Source: an uncultured Nitrospirota bacterium (GTDB lineage: Bacteria > Nitrospirota > Nitrospiria > SBBL01 > CAZSHZ01). Taken from it: a stretch of DNA of 58,231 bases. Each line of letters starts with the position of its first letter. Position 1 is the first letter of the stretch. Shown one piece after another: positions 25,670 to 33,794 of this stretch. The translations under genes and the position numbers were made by a program. Below the pieces are notes generated by a model. It had not been told where the DNA came from, did no database searches, and saw nothing but the letters and a program-made list of their open reading frames with translations. The stretch spans positions 1-58,231 of the forward strand of contig CAZSHZ010000093.1 in NCBI GenBank assembly GCA_964606955.1. The letters run 5' to 3'.

Positions 25670-26523
25670 ACTGGATCTGGGTCGACGGAGGGCTCCATCC
25701 GGTCCGACGACCCGTAAAAGGGGCCCTCTCCCCACTGGACCGCGGCCTCTTATATGGGGACGGACTGTTCGAGACGCTTCGAATCGAAAATGGCCGCCCG
25801 CTCTTCTGGGACGAGCACTTCGAGAGGCTCGCGAAATCGGCCGGACGGATCGTCCTCCTTCTTCCCTCGCGACGCTCTCTGGGGGCCGCGCTTGCAAAGA
25901 CATTGGCCGCGAACCGAATGGAGAGAGGCCTTGCCCGCCTTACCGTCACCCGGGGGAGCGGGACCGCGTCGAACGCTCCGGCGCTGGCGCCGCCGAAGAG
26001 AAGCCAGCCCTCTCTTATCGTCACCTTGAGGAGACGGACGTTCTCAGAAGAGGCGATGCGGGCGACGATCTGCCGGACAAGGCGCGAGGGGACCTACGGG
26101 CTGAAGAGCACCAATCTGATCTGGGCGGTCCTCGCGCAGGCCGAGGCGGAGGAAAAGGGGGCCGACGAAGGGATCGTCCTCTCGCACGACGGCCGGATCG
26201 TCGAGGGGACGATCACCAATATCTTCTTTGTCCGAAAAGGGGTCATCAAAACCCCTTCAGAGGCCTGCGGGATCGTCCCAGGGATCACCCGCCGGCTCGT
26301 CATAGACCTCTGCGCGAAAATGGGGCTCCGGGTCGAGGAGGGGACCTTCTCCCCTTCCGACCTTCTCTCCTCGAACGAAGCGTTTCTCACCGGAACCGGA
26401 GTGGGTGTGCGGCCGCTGATCCGGGTCGACCAGAAGAAAATCGGCCGGGGGGAGAGCGGAGCAATCACAAATTTACTGGCGAAGGAATACGAGCGACTGG
26501 TGAAGCGGGAGGCTGAAGAGTAG
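25666..26523 (+). CDS. class IV aminotransferase-fold protein (aminodeoxychorismate lyase PabC-like)
   Basis: RGLLYGDGLFETLR, the Lys-containing GLKSTNL region, EGTITNIFF and size (285 aa). Translationally coupled to the PabB-like gene. Confidence 0.65.
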   Translation: MNWIWVDGGLHPVRRPVKGALSPLDRGLLYGDGLFETLRIENGRPLFWDEHFERLAKSAGRIVLLLPSRRSLGAALAKTLAANRMERGLARLTVTRGSGTASNAPALAPPKRSQPSLIVTLRRRTFSEEAMRATICRTRREGTYGLKSTNLIWAVLAQAEAEEKGADEGIVLSHDGRIVEGTITNIFFVRKGVIKTPSEACGIVPGITRRLVIDLCAKMGLRVEEGTFSPSDLLSSNEAFLTGTGVGVRPLIRVDQKKIGRGESGAITNLLAKEYERLVKREAEE

Positions 26524-26527
26524 CGCG

Positions 26528-27979
26528 TTACTTGCGGGCAGGCGCCGCCGCCGGGATCCGCTCCGCCTTGACCTTGGCGATCCGCCGGCCGTCCATGTCG
26601 ACCACGGTAAACTTGAAATCGCCGTAATAGATGATATCCCCACCGCGCGGGACCGCCTGAAGTTGGGAGAGGACGAAACCGCCGAGCGTCTCATATTCGG
26701 GAGATTCAGGAAGGACCAGACCCCAGTCCGAGGCGAGGTCGCGGATCGCCAAAGAGGCGTCGACGGCCAACGAGCCATCTTTCAGGCGCTCCACGGGCCG
26801 CTCTTCGATATCGTATTCATCCCGGATCTCGCCGACGATCTCCTCGATCAGATCCTCCATCGTGACGAGCCCCTCTACGCTTCCATACTCATTGACGACG
26901 ATCGCCATCTGCATCCGCCGCCGCTGCAGCTCTTTTAAAAGATGGCTCACCTTCATCGTCTCGGGGACGAAAAAGACCGGATGCAACAGATCGACGAGTT
27001 TGACCTCGGCGGCGCCGCCCTCCGGATTCCTGCGAGCGTCGGGCTTTGATAGCCCCAAAGACGCGGTCTTTGGGGACCCCGGGTCCTGCGCGAGCGCCTG
27101 AGGTCTGGGGGTTGGCTCGGAAGGGGGCAGGCCCCCTTCCGCATCATTCTTGGTCACCTTCTCGGCGAGGGTGGCCAGGAGATCCTTAAACACCAGGATC
27201 CCGCAGATATCGTTGATATTGGTCTTGTAGACCGGATAGCGGGAGAACTTGTTCTCGGCGACGAACTTCAAGACCTCCTGAACGGGGGTGTCGCTCTGGA
27301 GGGCGTGAATGTTGAGACGGTGAACCATCACCTCCCGGACGGAGATGTCGTGGAACTCGAAAACGGAATGGATCAGCTCCTGCTCGGTTGGATCGAACAC
27401 CCCCTTCTCCCTCCCCTCTTTTAAAAGGAGTCTGATCTCCTCTTCAGTCACAAAGGGGCCTGCCGGACCGGGACCCAACGGCTTTAAGATCCAGCGGCTC
27501 GTGGCGGTCAGAATCCGGGTCAACCAGGAGGAACTGCGGGCAAAAAACTCCATCGGAATGGCCACCCAAAGGGCAAGACGCTCGGGGTAGCGGATCGCCA
27601 ACGACTTCGGGACGAGCTCGCCAAAGGTCACGTTCAGATATGAGATCAGGACGACGGCGATGATCATTGCGATCGCCTCGCTGAAGCCGGCAAGAACCGG
27701 ATTGTCGAGACCCGCCAGATACGGCTTGAGGCTCTCAACCGCAGCCACCCCTCCGACCGCAGCGGCAGCCGATCCGACGATCGTGATCCCTACCTGCACG
27801 GTGGCAAGGAGCCGCTCAGGGTCCCCCTGGAGGAGGGCAGCCGCCCGGGCCGCCCGGTTCCCTTTCTCGGCCAACTCCTTGATGTTGCTCTTACGGGCCG
27901 CAATCAGCGAAATCTCGGCGCAGGCGAAAAACCCGTTTGCTAGGATCAGAAGGAGGATGAGGAGAATCTGCCAGGGCAT
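26528..27979 (-). CDS. CNNM/HlyC-CorC family transporter (DUF21 + CBS pair + CorC_HlyC) with a low-complexity insert in the CBS region
   Basis: N-terminal DUF21 TM domain (ANGFFACAEISLIAARK), CBS pair and the C-terminal CorC_HlyC domain (LGGFVLSQLQAVPRGGD). Start set at MPWQILL (27979). Confidence 0.85.
   Translation of the reverse strand: MPWQILLILLLILANGFFACAEISLIAARKSNIKELAEKGNRAARAAALLQGDPERLLATVQVGITIVGSAAAAVGGVAAVESLKPYLAGLDNPVLAGFSEAIAMIIAVVLISYLNVTFGELVPKSLAIRYPERLALWVAIPMEFFARSSSWLTRILTATSRWILKPLGPGPAGPFVTEEEIRLLLKEGREKGVFDPTEQELIHSVFEFHDISVREVMVHRLNIHALQSDTPVQEVLKFVAENKFSRYPVYKTNINDICGILVFKDLLATLAEKVTKNDAEGGLPPSEPTPRPQALAQDPGSPKTASLGLSKPDARRNPEGGAAEVKLVDLLHPVFFVPETMKVSHLLKELQRRRMQMAIVVNEYGSVEGLVTMEDLIEEIVGEIRDEYDIEERPVERLKDGSLAVDASLAIRDLASDWGLVLPESPEYETLGGFVLSQLQAVPRGGDIIYYGDFKFTVVDMDGRRIAKVKAERIPAAAPARK
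27053..27081. repeat. GC-rich palindromic element, copy 4 (CCCCAAAGAC-GCG-GTCTTTGGGG-ACCCCG), inside the CorC-family coding sequence
   Basis: Perfect 10-bp arms, a 3-nt loop and an ACCCCG tail. Preceded by GGGCTTTGATAGCCC (27041-27055) as in copy 1. Translated as ...PGSPKTASLG... Confidence 0.7.
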
Positions 27980-28110
27980 AAGGACAGAAGTAGCATAGCA
28001 TACCGGGTTCCCACCCACAAGAAGAAGGGAGGCGAAAAAATTATTGACAGAGAACAAAAATGCCCGTAATATCAGCAATCACGATTTAATCGATCGGAGT
28101 TATATACATC

Positions 28111-28533
28111 ATGAAGTTCTCGGCAAAAGTCGAATATGGGGTCTTTGCGGCGATCGATCTGGCAGCCAACTATGAGGGGGGTGCGGTCCGCGGGAGGGAG
28201 CTTGCGCAGCGCCAGGGGATTCCACTCCGTTTCCTAGAGCAGGTGATGAACGGTTTAAAGCAGCGCGGAATTGCGATCAGCGTGCGAGGCCCGCATGGGG
28301 GATACGCCCTGGCAAAGCCCCCTGATCAGATCCGGCTGTCTGAGGTAATCACCGCCCTGGACAGCGGAGAGCGGCCGCGAAAATCGAGCGAGCCGGGCGG
28401 CTGGGCAGGCCGGGAGATCCTCAATGAGGTCAAAAAAGAGATGGAGGGATTCCTTTCGGAGACGACCCTCCGCGATCTCGCCCGGCGGAAGGGAGAGAAG
28501 GAAGAGCGGCGTTTTTTGATGTACCACATCTAA
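28111..28533 (+). CDS. Rrf2-family transcriptional regulator without any cysteine (CymR-like)
   Basis: MKFSAKVEYGVFAAIDLA winged-helix N-terminus. The 140-aa product contains no Cys. Confidence 0.8.
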   Translation: MKFSAKVEYGVFAAIDLAANYEGGAVRGRELAQRQGIPLRFLEQVMNGLKQRGIAISVRGPHGGYALAKPPDQIRLSEVITALDSGERPRKSSEPGGWAGREILNEVKKEMEGFLSETTLRDLARRKGEKEERRFLMYHI

Positions 28534-28540
28534 AGAGACC

Positions 28541-30259
28541 ATGGAGCGAAAATACCTCGACACGGACATCCTGATCATCGGAGGGGGAACGGCCGGCTGC
28601 ATGGCCGCCGTTGAGACGAAGGAGCGCTATCCGCAGCTGAAGGTCGCGATCCTGGAGAAGGCGCATATCGACCGCTCCGGTTGCCTGGCCGGGGGGATGA
28701 ACGCGATCAACGCCTATCTGAATCCGGGCGAGACGCCGGAGTCGTTTGCCCGTTACGTCCGGTTCGACTCCTGCGGGTTGATCCGGGAGGACCTGGTCAC
28801 CTCGATGTCCGAGCTTTTTGAATACGCGGTAAAAAAGGTCGAGAAGTGGGGGCTTCCGATCCTCACCGACAAGAACGGGAACTATGTCCCGCGCGGCCGG
28901 TGGAATATCAAGATCAACGGAGAATCGCTCAAGCCGATCCTGGCAAAGGCCGCCCGGGAAGCAGGGGCCGTCGTCCACAACTGGATCGTCGTGACCAATC
29001 TTTTGACAACGGAGTCCGATCCGCGAAGGGTCATCGGAGCGACCGGTTTCTCGATCCGGACCGGGGTCTTTTTCATCGTCCGCGCCAAGGCGACGATCAT
29101 CGCCACCGGCGGCGCCGCCGGGATCTATCGATCCCTCAACGTCTTCGACGCGCAGCATAAGACTTGGTATTGCCCCTACAACACCGGAGCGGGATACGCG
29201 ATGGGGATACGGGCCGGCGCGGAGATGACCTCCTTCGAGATGCGGTACGTCGCCTTGAGAACCAAAGATGTCATCGCCCCGACCGGAACAATCGCGCTTG
29301 GGGTGAATGCCCCACAGATCAATGCAAAGGGGGAAAAGTTCATGCAGACCCGCTACGCCCATCTCGGCGGGGATGCCGCACCCACCCCCTATCGCGCCTA
29401 CGCCCCGATTCAGGAGATCAAGAGCGGGAGAGGACCGGTCTACCTCGACACCCGTGGCATCACCCCCGAGCAGGTCCATAACTTAAAGGGGGCATTTCTC
29501 GACATGTACCCCTCGCAAGTCCTCTACTGGGTCTCCAACGATATCGATCCCTCAAAAGAGCCGGTCGAGGTGCAGACGACCGAACCCTATATCGTCGGTG
29601 GGCATTGCCAGGCAGGCTATTGGGTGGATGGGGAGCGGCGCACAACCCTCCCCGGCCTCTATGCGGCGGGGGATGTGGCCGGCGGCGCGCCGTTCAAGTT
29701 CATCTCCGGCTGCTGGGCGGAGGGGGTCATCGCGGCTCGGGCAGCCGGCCGAGACGTCATCGCTCTGCCGTGGGAGGTGATCGACCCGGGTCAGGTAGAG
29801 ACCGAGGAGAAACGGGTCTTCGCGCCTCTACGCGCCCACGGCAAAATCAGAGGCGGCGTGATCCCCTATGAGATGGAGGTCCGCCTTCAAAAGATCATGG
29901 AGGAGTACGCAGGCGGCGCCTCCAGCTACTATGAGATGAACGAGGAGAGGCTTCTCATCGCCCGGCGCGAACTGGCAAGGCTCCCCGCCCAGACCCCGCA
30001 TCTGATGAGCGATGATCTGCATTCTCTCATGAAGGCGCACGAGATCATCGACCGGATCGACGTCGCGCGCGTGCTGGTGGAGCATCTGATCTATCGAAAA
30101 GAGACCCGCTGGCCCTCGTATCAGACCCGCGTCGATTATCCCCAGCGGGATGATGAGAACTGGTTAAAATTCGTTAATTCCGTCGCAAAAAACGGCGAGA
30201 TCGTGATGATGACGCGCCCCTATGAACAGATGATTGCCGGGGACCGCTACAAACCTTAA
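28541..30259 (+). CDS. aprA: adenylylsulfate (APS) reductase alpha-subunit-like flavoprotein
   Basis: FAD motif DILIIGGGTAGC. ...RSGCLAGGMNAINAYL...YVRFDSCGLIREDLV resembles archaeal/bacterial AprA as I recall it. Followed by an AprB-like ferredoxin and sat. At 572 aa it is shorter than typical AprA. Confidence 0.7.
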   Translation: MERKYLDTDILIIGGGTAGCMAAVETKERYPQLKVAILEKAHIDRSGCLAGGMNAINAYLNPGETPESFARYVRFDSCGLIREDLVTSMSELFEYAVKKVEKWGLPILTDKNGNYVPRGRWNIKINGESLKPILAKAAREAGAVVHNWIVVTNLLTTESDPRRVIGATGFSIRTGVFFIVRAKATIIATGGAAGIYRSLNVFDAQHKTWYCPYNTGAGYAMGIRAGAEMTSFEMRYVALRTKDVIAPTGTIALGVNAPQINAKGEKFMQTRYAHLGGDAAPTPYRAYAPIQEIKSGRGPVYLDTRGITPEQVHNLKGAFLDMYPSQVLYWVSNDIDPSKEPVEVQTTEPYIVGGHCQAGYWVDGERRTTLPGLYAAGDVAGGAPFKFISGCWAEGVIAARAAGRDVIALPWEVIDPGQVETEEKRVFAPLRAHGKIRGGVIPYEMEVRLQKIMEEYAGGASSYYEMNEERLLIARRELARLPAQTPHLMSDDLHSLMKAHEIIDRIDVARVLVEHLIYRKETRWPSYQTRVDYPQRDDENWLKFVNSVAKNGEIVMMTRPYEQMIAGDRYKP

Positions 30260-30270
30260 GAGGAGGACAG

Positions 30271-30651
30271 ATGCCGGTCTGGGTCGATCCTGAGAAGTGC
30301 AACGGCTGCTACGGCGCGGCCCAACCCCCTTGCCTGCGGATGTGCCCCGGAGATCTGATCGTCAAGGACATGAAGGCCGACAAGGCCTATCTGAAATATC
30401 CGGAGGACTGCTGGGACTGCCTCCCCTGCGTGAAGGCCTGCCCGGAGGAGGCGATTGAGTTTGTCCTCTCCTACCAGATCGGCTTTAGAAACGCCCGGCT
30501 GATTCCGCATGTCGCGAAGGGCCGCGACAAGATTACCTGGGAGTGCCACGACAGCCGCGGGAATATCGAGGAGTTTGTGATTCCGACGAAGATCCTCCCG
30601 ATGGCGCTCGACGAGAAGGTCGAGGGGGCCCCGATCGATTTCTCAATATGA
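30271..30651 (+). CDS. aprB: APS reductase beta-subunit-like 2x[4Fe-4S] ferredoxin
   Basis: Cys spacing C-x2-C-x7-C-x3-CP (CNGCYGAAQPPCLRMCP) and C-x2-C-x2-C-x3-CP (CWDCLPCVKACP) matches the AprB pattern. MPVWVDPEKCNGC start. Confidence 0.7.
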   Translation: MPVWVDPEKCNGCYGAAQPPCLRMCPGDLIVKDMKADKAYLKYPEDCWDCLPCVKACPEEAIEFVLSYQIGFRNARLIPHVAKGRDKITWECHDSRGNIEEFVIPTKILPMALDEKVEGAPIDFSI

Positions 30652-31820
30652 TGGCTTCGATCCCGCACGGAGGAAGGCTGGTCACCCTTTTGGCGGAGCA
30701 GCGGGATCGGGCCGATCTGGCCCGCAAGGCCTCGGGCCTGCCGAGGCTGGTGCTGACGGCCCGCCAGATGTCGGACCTGGAGCTTCTCGTCCACGGGGCG
30801 CTCTCCCCGCTGGAGGGTTTCATGGGGAGCGCCGAGTTCGAATCGGTCCTCTCCGGGATGCGACTCCCCTCCGGGCTGATCTGGTCGATTCCGATTACCC
30901 TGGCGACAAGCCGCGAGACGGCCTCCCAACTCCGCGAAGGGGGGGAGGTCGCCCTTGCCGATCCCTCCGGGAGGCCTGTGGCCCTTCTCGCGTTGGCCGA
31001 AAAATTCCCTCACAAAAAAGAGCCGGAGGCCTTGAGCGTCTACGGGACCGCGGATCCGAAACACCCCGGGGTCGCGTATGTCCTATCGATGCCCCAGATC
31101 CTTTTGGGTGGGAAAGTGATCGCTTTCTCCGATCTCCTTGGGACCGACTTCTCTGAATTCAGGCTGACGCCAAGTGAGACGCGCGGGCTTTTTGAGGAAC
31201 GGGGATGGAAGCGGATCGTCGCCTTCCAGACCCGGAACCCGATTCACCGGGCCCACGAATATATCCAGAAGTGCGCGCTTGAGATCGCCGACGGACTCCT
31301 GGTTCACCCGATCGTCGGGGAGACAAAGGGAGACGACATCTCCGCCGAGGTTCGGATGCGCTGTTACCGCGTCCTCCTCGACAACTATTATCCCAAGGAG
31401 CGCACGTTACTCGCCGTCTTTCCGGCCTCCATGCGGTATGCCGGCCCCCGGGAGGCGATCTTTCACGCCATGATCCGGAAGAACTACGGCTGCACCCACT
31501 TCATCGTCGGCCGCGACCACGCCGGAGTCGGAAACTACTACGGTCCCTTCGACGCCCAGAAGATCTTTCACCGCTTCACCGAACAAGAGCTCGGAATCAC
31601 GCCGCTCTTCTTCGACAACACCTTTTACTGCCGCCGTTGCCTCGGGATGGTATCGGCAAAGACCTGTCCCCACGACGCCACCGAGCATATCGCCCTGTCC
31701 GGGACAAAGGTTCGGGAGATGTTGATCGCGGGGATCGCCCCGCCGCCCGAATTCACCCGTCCCGAGGTCGCCGCGATATTAATTGAGGCGATGCGTGACG
31801 GGACAGGGCCGAAGCCGTGA
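30648..31820 (+). CDS. sat: sulfate adenylyltransferase (ATP sulfurylase)
   Basis: QTRNPIHRAHE and GRDHAGVGNYYGP motifs. Start at the ATGATG overlapping the aprB stop (30648/30651); the track extension upstream lies inside aprB. Confidence 0.9.
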   Translation: MMASIPHGGRLVTLLAEQRDRADLARKASGLPRLVLTARQMSDLELLVHGALSPLEGFMGSAEFESVLSGMRLPSGLIWSIPITLATSRETASQLREGGEVALADPSGRPVALLALAEKFPHKKEPEALSVYGTADPKHPGVAYVLSMPQILLGGKVIAFSDLLGTDFSEFRLTPSETRGLFEERGWKRIVAFQTRNPIHRAHEYIQKCALEIADGLLVHPIVGETKGDDISAEVRMRCYRVLLDNYYPKERTLLAVFPASMRYAGPREAIFHAMIRKNYGCTHFIVGRDHAGVGNYYGPFDAQKIFHRFTEQELGITPLFFDNTFYCRRCLGMVSAKTCPHDATEHIALSGTKVREMLIAGIAPPPEFTRPEVAAILIEAMRDGTGPKP

Positions 31821-31937
31821 CGGGGCGTCTTTACCCCAGGGGTTGACCTTCCAGTCGCTGGAACGCGTATCTCAATATGGAAAAGCTTCCCTTAGGTTGG
31901 GAAGCCCGGGAGCGTTTGGCTCCCTCAGCACAGGAGG

Positions 31938-32594
31938 TTGAACATGAAAAGGGTGATCTGGCTCTCGATAATCCTGATTTTCAGTTTCGGTTGTGTTGCG
32001 TCCCCCGTTACGGCGCAGGAGCACCCGGATCGGAATAAGTTTCACGCCGACGTGGCGCATACGTTACTTGATATGAATACGACGCTCGACATGATCGAGG
32101 CCTTTCGCGCCCAAGAGAAGATGCCTCCCGACCGCGACGCCGTCCATGAGAAGGCTGCACACGGTTTCAAGCACGGGCTGGAGCTCTTCGGGGTCGAGGT
32201 CAAAATGAAGGAGCACGCTGATCGAAACAAGTTCCATGCAGATGTGGCCCATTCGCTTCTGGATATGAATGTTGCCCTGGACCGGATCGAGGGCTTCCGC
32301 GCGCAGGGGACGATGCCACCGGATCGGGATGAGATGCATGAGAAGACGGCCCACGGTTTCAAGCAGGCGCTGGAGCTCTTTGGAGTTCAGTTCACCATGC
32401 CGAAGCATCCCGATCGAAACAGATTCCATGCTGATGTGGCGCACGCGCTCCTGGAGATGAATACCACACTGGACATCATTGAGAGCTTCCGGGCCGAGCA
32501 GAAGATGCCCCCGAACCGGGATGAGATGCATGAGAAGGCGGCCCACGGTTTCAAGCAGGCGCTGGAGCTCTTTGACGTGAAGATCAAAATGTAA
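31938..32594 (+). CDS. secreted His-rich protein built from three tandem 64-aa repeats (unknown family)
   Basis: Signal peptide (VIWLSIILIFSFGCVASPVTA), then three units of HPDRNKFHADVAHxLLDMNxxLDxIExFRAQxxMPPDRDxxHEKxAHGFKxxLELFGV. GGAGG lies before the ATG. Confidence 0.65.
   Translation: MNMKRVIWLSIILIFSFGCVASPVTAQEHPDRNKFHADVAHTLLDMNTTLDMIEAFRAQEKMPPDRDAVHEKAAHGFKHGLELFGVEVKMKEHADRNKFHADVAHSLLDMNVALDRIEGFRAQGTMPPDRDEMHEKTAHGFKQALELFGVQFTMPKHPDRNRFHADVAHALLEMNTTLDIIESFRAEQKMPPNRDEMHEKAAHGFKQALELFDVKIKM
32019..32591 (+). repeat. three tandem ~192-nt coding repeats (32019-32210, 32211-32402, 32403-32591)
   Basis: Repeat period of exactly 64 codons (His29, His93, His157 are equivalent). High identity is visible at both protein and DNA level. 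Confidence 0.85.
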
Positions 32595-32610
32595 GAAAGG
32601 AGGCTTAGGC

Positions 32611-33330
32611 ATGGACACGGGATTCGAGGGGAAGATCGAAGAGGTCTCGCGGCCCCTCTCCGATGGCGACCCGCGGCGTCGCCTTGCAGCCTTGCGGAAA
32701 CTGACCGAGATCGGGATCTGCCTCCCCTGGGAGGAGAGGCCAGTCGTGGTCCGACGGATGGCGGAACTCGTCGGGGACAGGGAGCCCTTTATTCGCTGGA
32801 ATCTCGCCATCTCGCTCGGTATTCTCGGTCATGAAGAGGGGCTCGTGCCGCTCGGAAACCTGGCAACGGATGAGCATGCGAATACCCGCTTTCGGGCCGC
32901 TCTCGCGATCGGGCTGATCGGAGAGGAGCGAGGAATCGAAACCCTGGAATCGATGGTCGGCGATCCCTACGAGATCGGGGGCCATGCGGCAGTCCGCGCC
33001 TTCGTGGCGATCGCCCTGGGAAAACTGGGGAGGGAACGCGGGATTCCTCTCTTAAAGAAGCTCGCCGCCGACGCCGATCCAGTCGTCCGGTGGCATACCG
33101 CCGTGGCCCTGGGAGATATCGGCCATGTGACGGGAGTTCCCGTCCTCTTTAAGTTGGCGGAAGACCCGATCCCCTTTGTCCGCGCCCACGCGGCAATCGC
33201 CCTCTCCCAGATCGGGGACCCAAGCGCGATCCCCTGTCTAGAACGGATCGCGAGCGATCCGGTGCCTAAAGTCGCCAAGATGGCGGAGGAATCCCTCCGG
33301 CTTCTCAAATCTCTAGGTCCAGACAGGTGA
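32611..33330 (+). CDS. HEAT-repeat (PBS-lyase-type) protein
   Basis: Recurrent DPxVRxxAAxALGxIG(D/H) units (for example DPVVRWHTAVALGDIGH, PFVRAHAAIALSQIGD). AGGAGG lies 8 nt upstream of the ATG. Confidence 0.8.
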   Translation: MDTGFEGKIEEVSRPLSDGDPRRRLAALRKLTEIGICLPWEERPVVVRRMAELVGDREPFIRWNLAISLGILGHEEGLVPLGNLATDEHANTRFRAALAIGLIGEERGIETLESMVGDPYEIGGHAAVRAFVAIALGKLGRERGIPLLKKLAADADPVVRWHTAVALGDIGHVTGVPVLFKLAEDPIPFVRAHAAIALSQIGDPSAIPCLERIASDPVPKVAKMAEESLRLLKSLGPDR

Positions 33331-33740
33331 GGATCGGCCAAGCGGGGAGAGAGGTAGGCCTGCATCCCAGGACGATCCGCTATTACGAGGAGATCGGGCT
33401 CCTCAGGCCGAAACGGAGCTTCAGTCCCCACGGGAACGGATATCGAATATACGGCCGAGACGATCTCGAACGCCTCACGTTCATCAAAGAGGCGAGGCTT
33501 CTGGGGTTCTCGCTAGCCGAGGTCAAAACCGCGCTCCAATCGATAGACGAGGGCTGCTGCGAAGCCGCGCGTCCGCTCATGACCCGCCTCCTGGAAGAGA
33601 AACTCCCCGAGATCGACAGGCGGGTTCAAAACCTCCAGGGGCTTCGCCGTCGGCTCCTCCGGCTGAAGGAGCAGGTCGCCTCAAGGCGACAAACCGTTGC
33701 CACTCCCTCTTGCAAAGGAGTCACCAATTGCGCCTTCTAG
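33327..33740 (+). CDS. MerR-family transcriptional regulator with C-terminal cysteines (metal-sensor-like)
   Basis: IGQAGREVGLHPRTIRYYEEIGLL HTH, a coiled-coil segment, Cys-Cys at DEGCCEA and the C-terminal SCKGVTNC. GTG start overlaps the previous stop (GTGA). Confidence 0.8.
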   Translation: MRIGQAGREVGLHPRTIRYYEEIGLLRPKRSFSPHGNGYRIYGRDDLERLTFIKEARLLGFSLAEVKTALQSIDEGCCEAARPLMTRLLEEKLPEIDRRVQNLQGLRRRLLRLKEQVASRRQTVATPSCKGVTNCAF

Positions 33741-33750
33741 GCCCCTACGG

Positions 33751-33779
33751 TTGACTGAGCACGCGCTCTTTCTTATAGT
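33751..33779 (+). promoter_or_regulatory. candidate promoter TTGACT-N17-TATAGT with the dyad GAGC-N4-GCTC in the spacer
   Basis: Read directly from the DNA. Lies between the merR-like stop (33740) and the YVTN gene start (33795). Confidence 0.35.
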
Positions 33780-33794
33780 TCCGTCGTTCCGTCC

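Noticed and set aside
31855-31900. Sigma54-like TGGAAC-N5-TCTCA and a GCTTCCC-N7-GGGAAGC hairpin upstream of the His-rich repeat gene
   Set aside because: The -12 GC element is missing, so the sigma54 match fails. The 7-bp hairpin alone is not interpretable.
32019-32591. Possible CRISPR-like or non-coding tandem array
   Set aside because: The repeats are 192 nt, contiguous without spacers, in frame and inside a signal-peptide-bearing ORF. This is a coding tandem duplication, not CRISPR.
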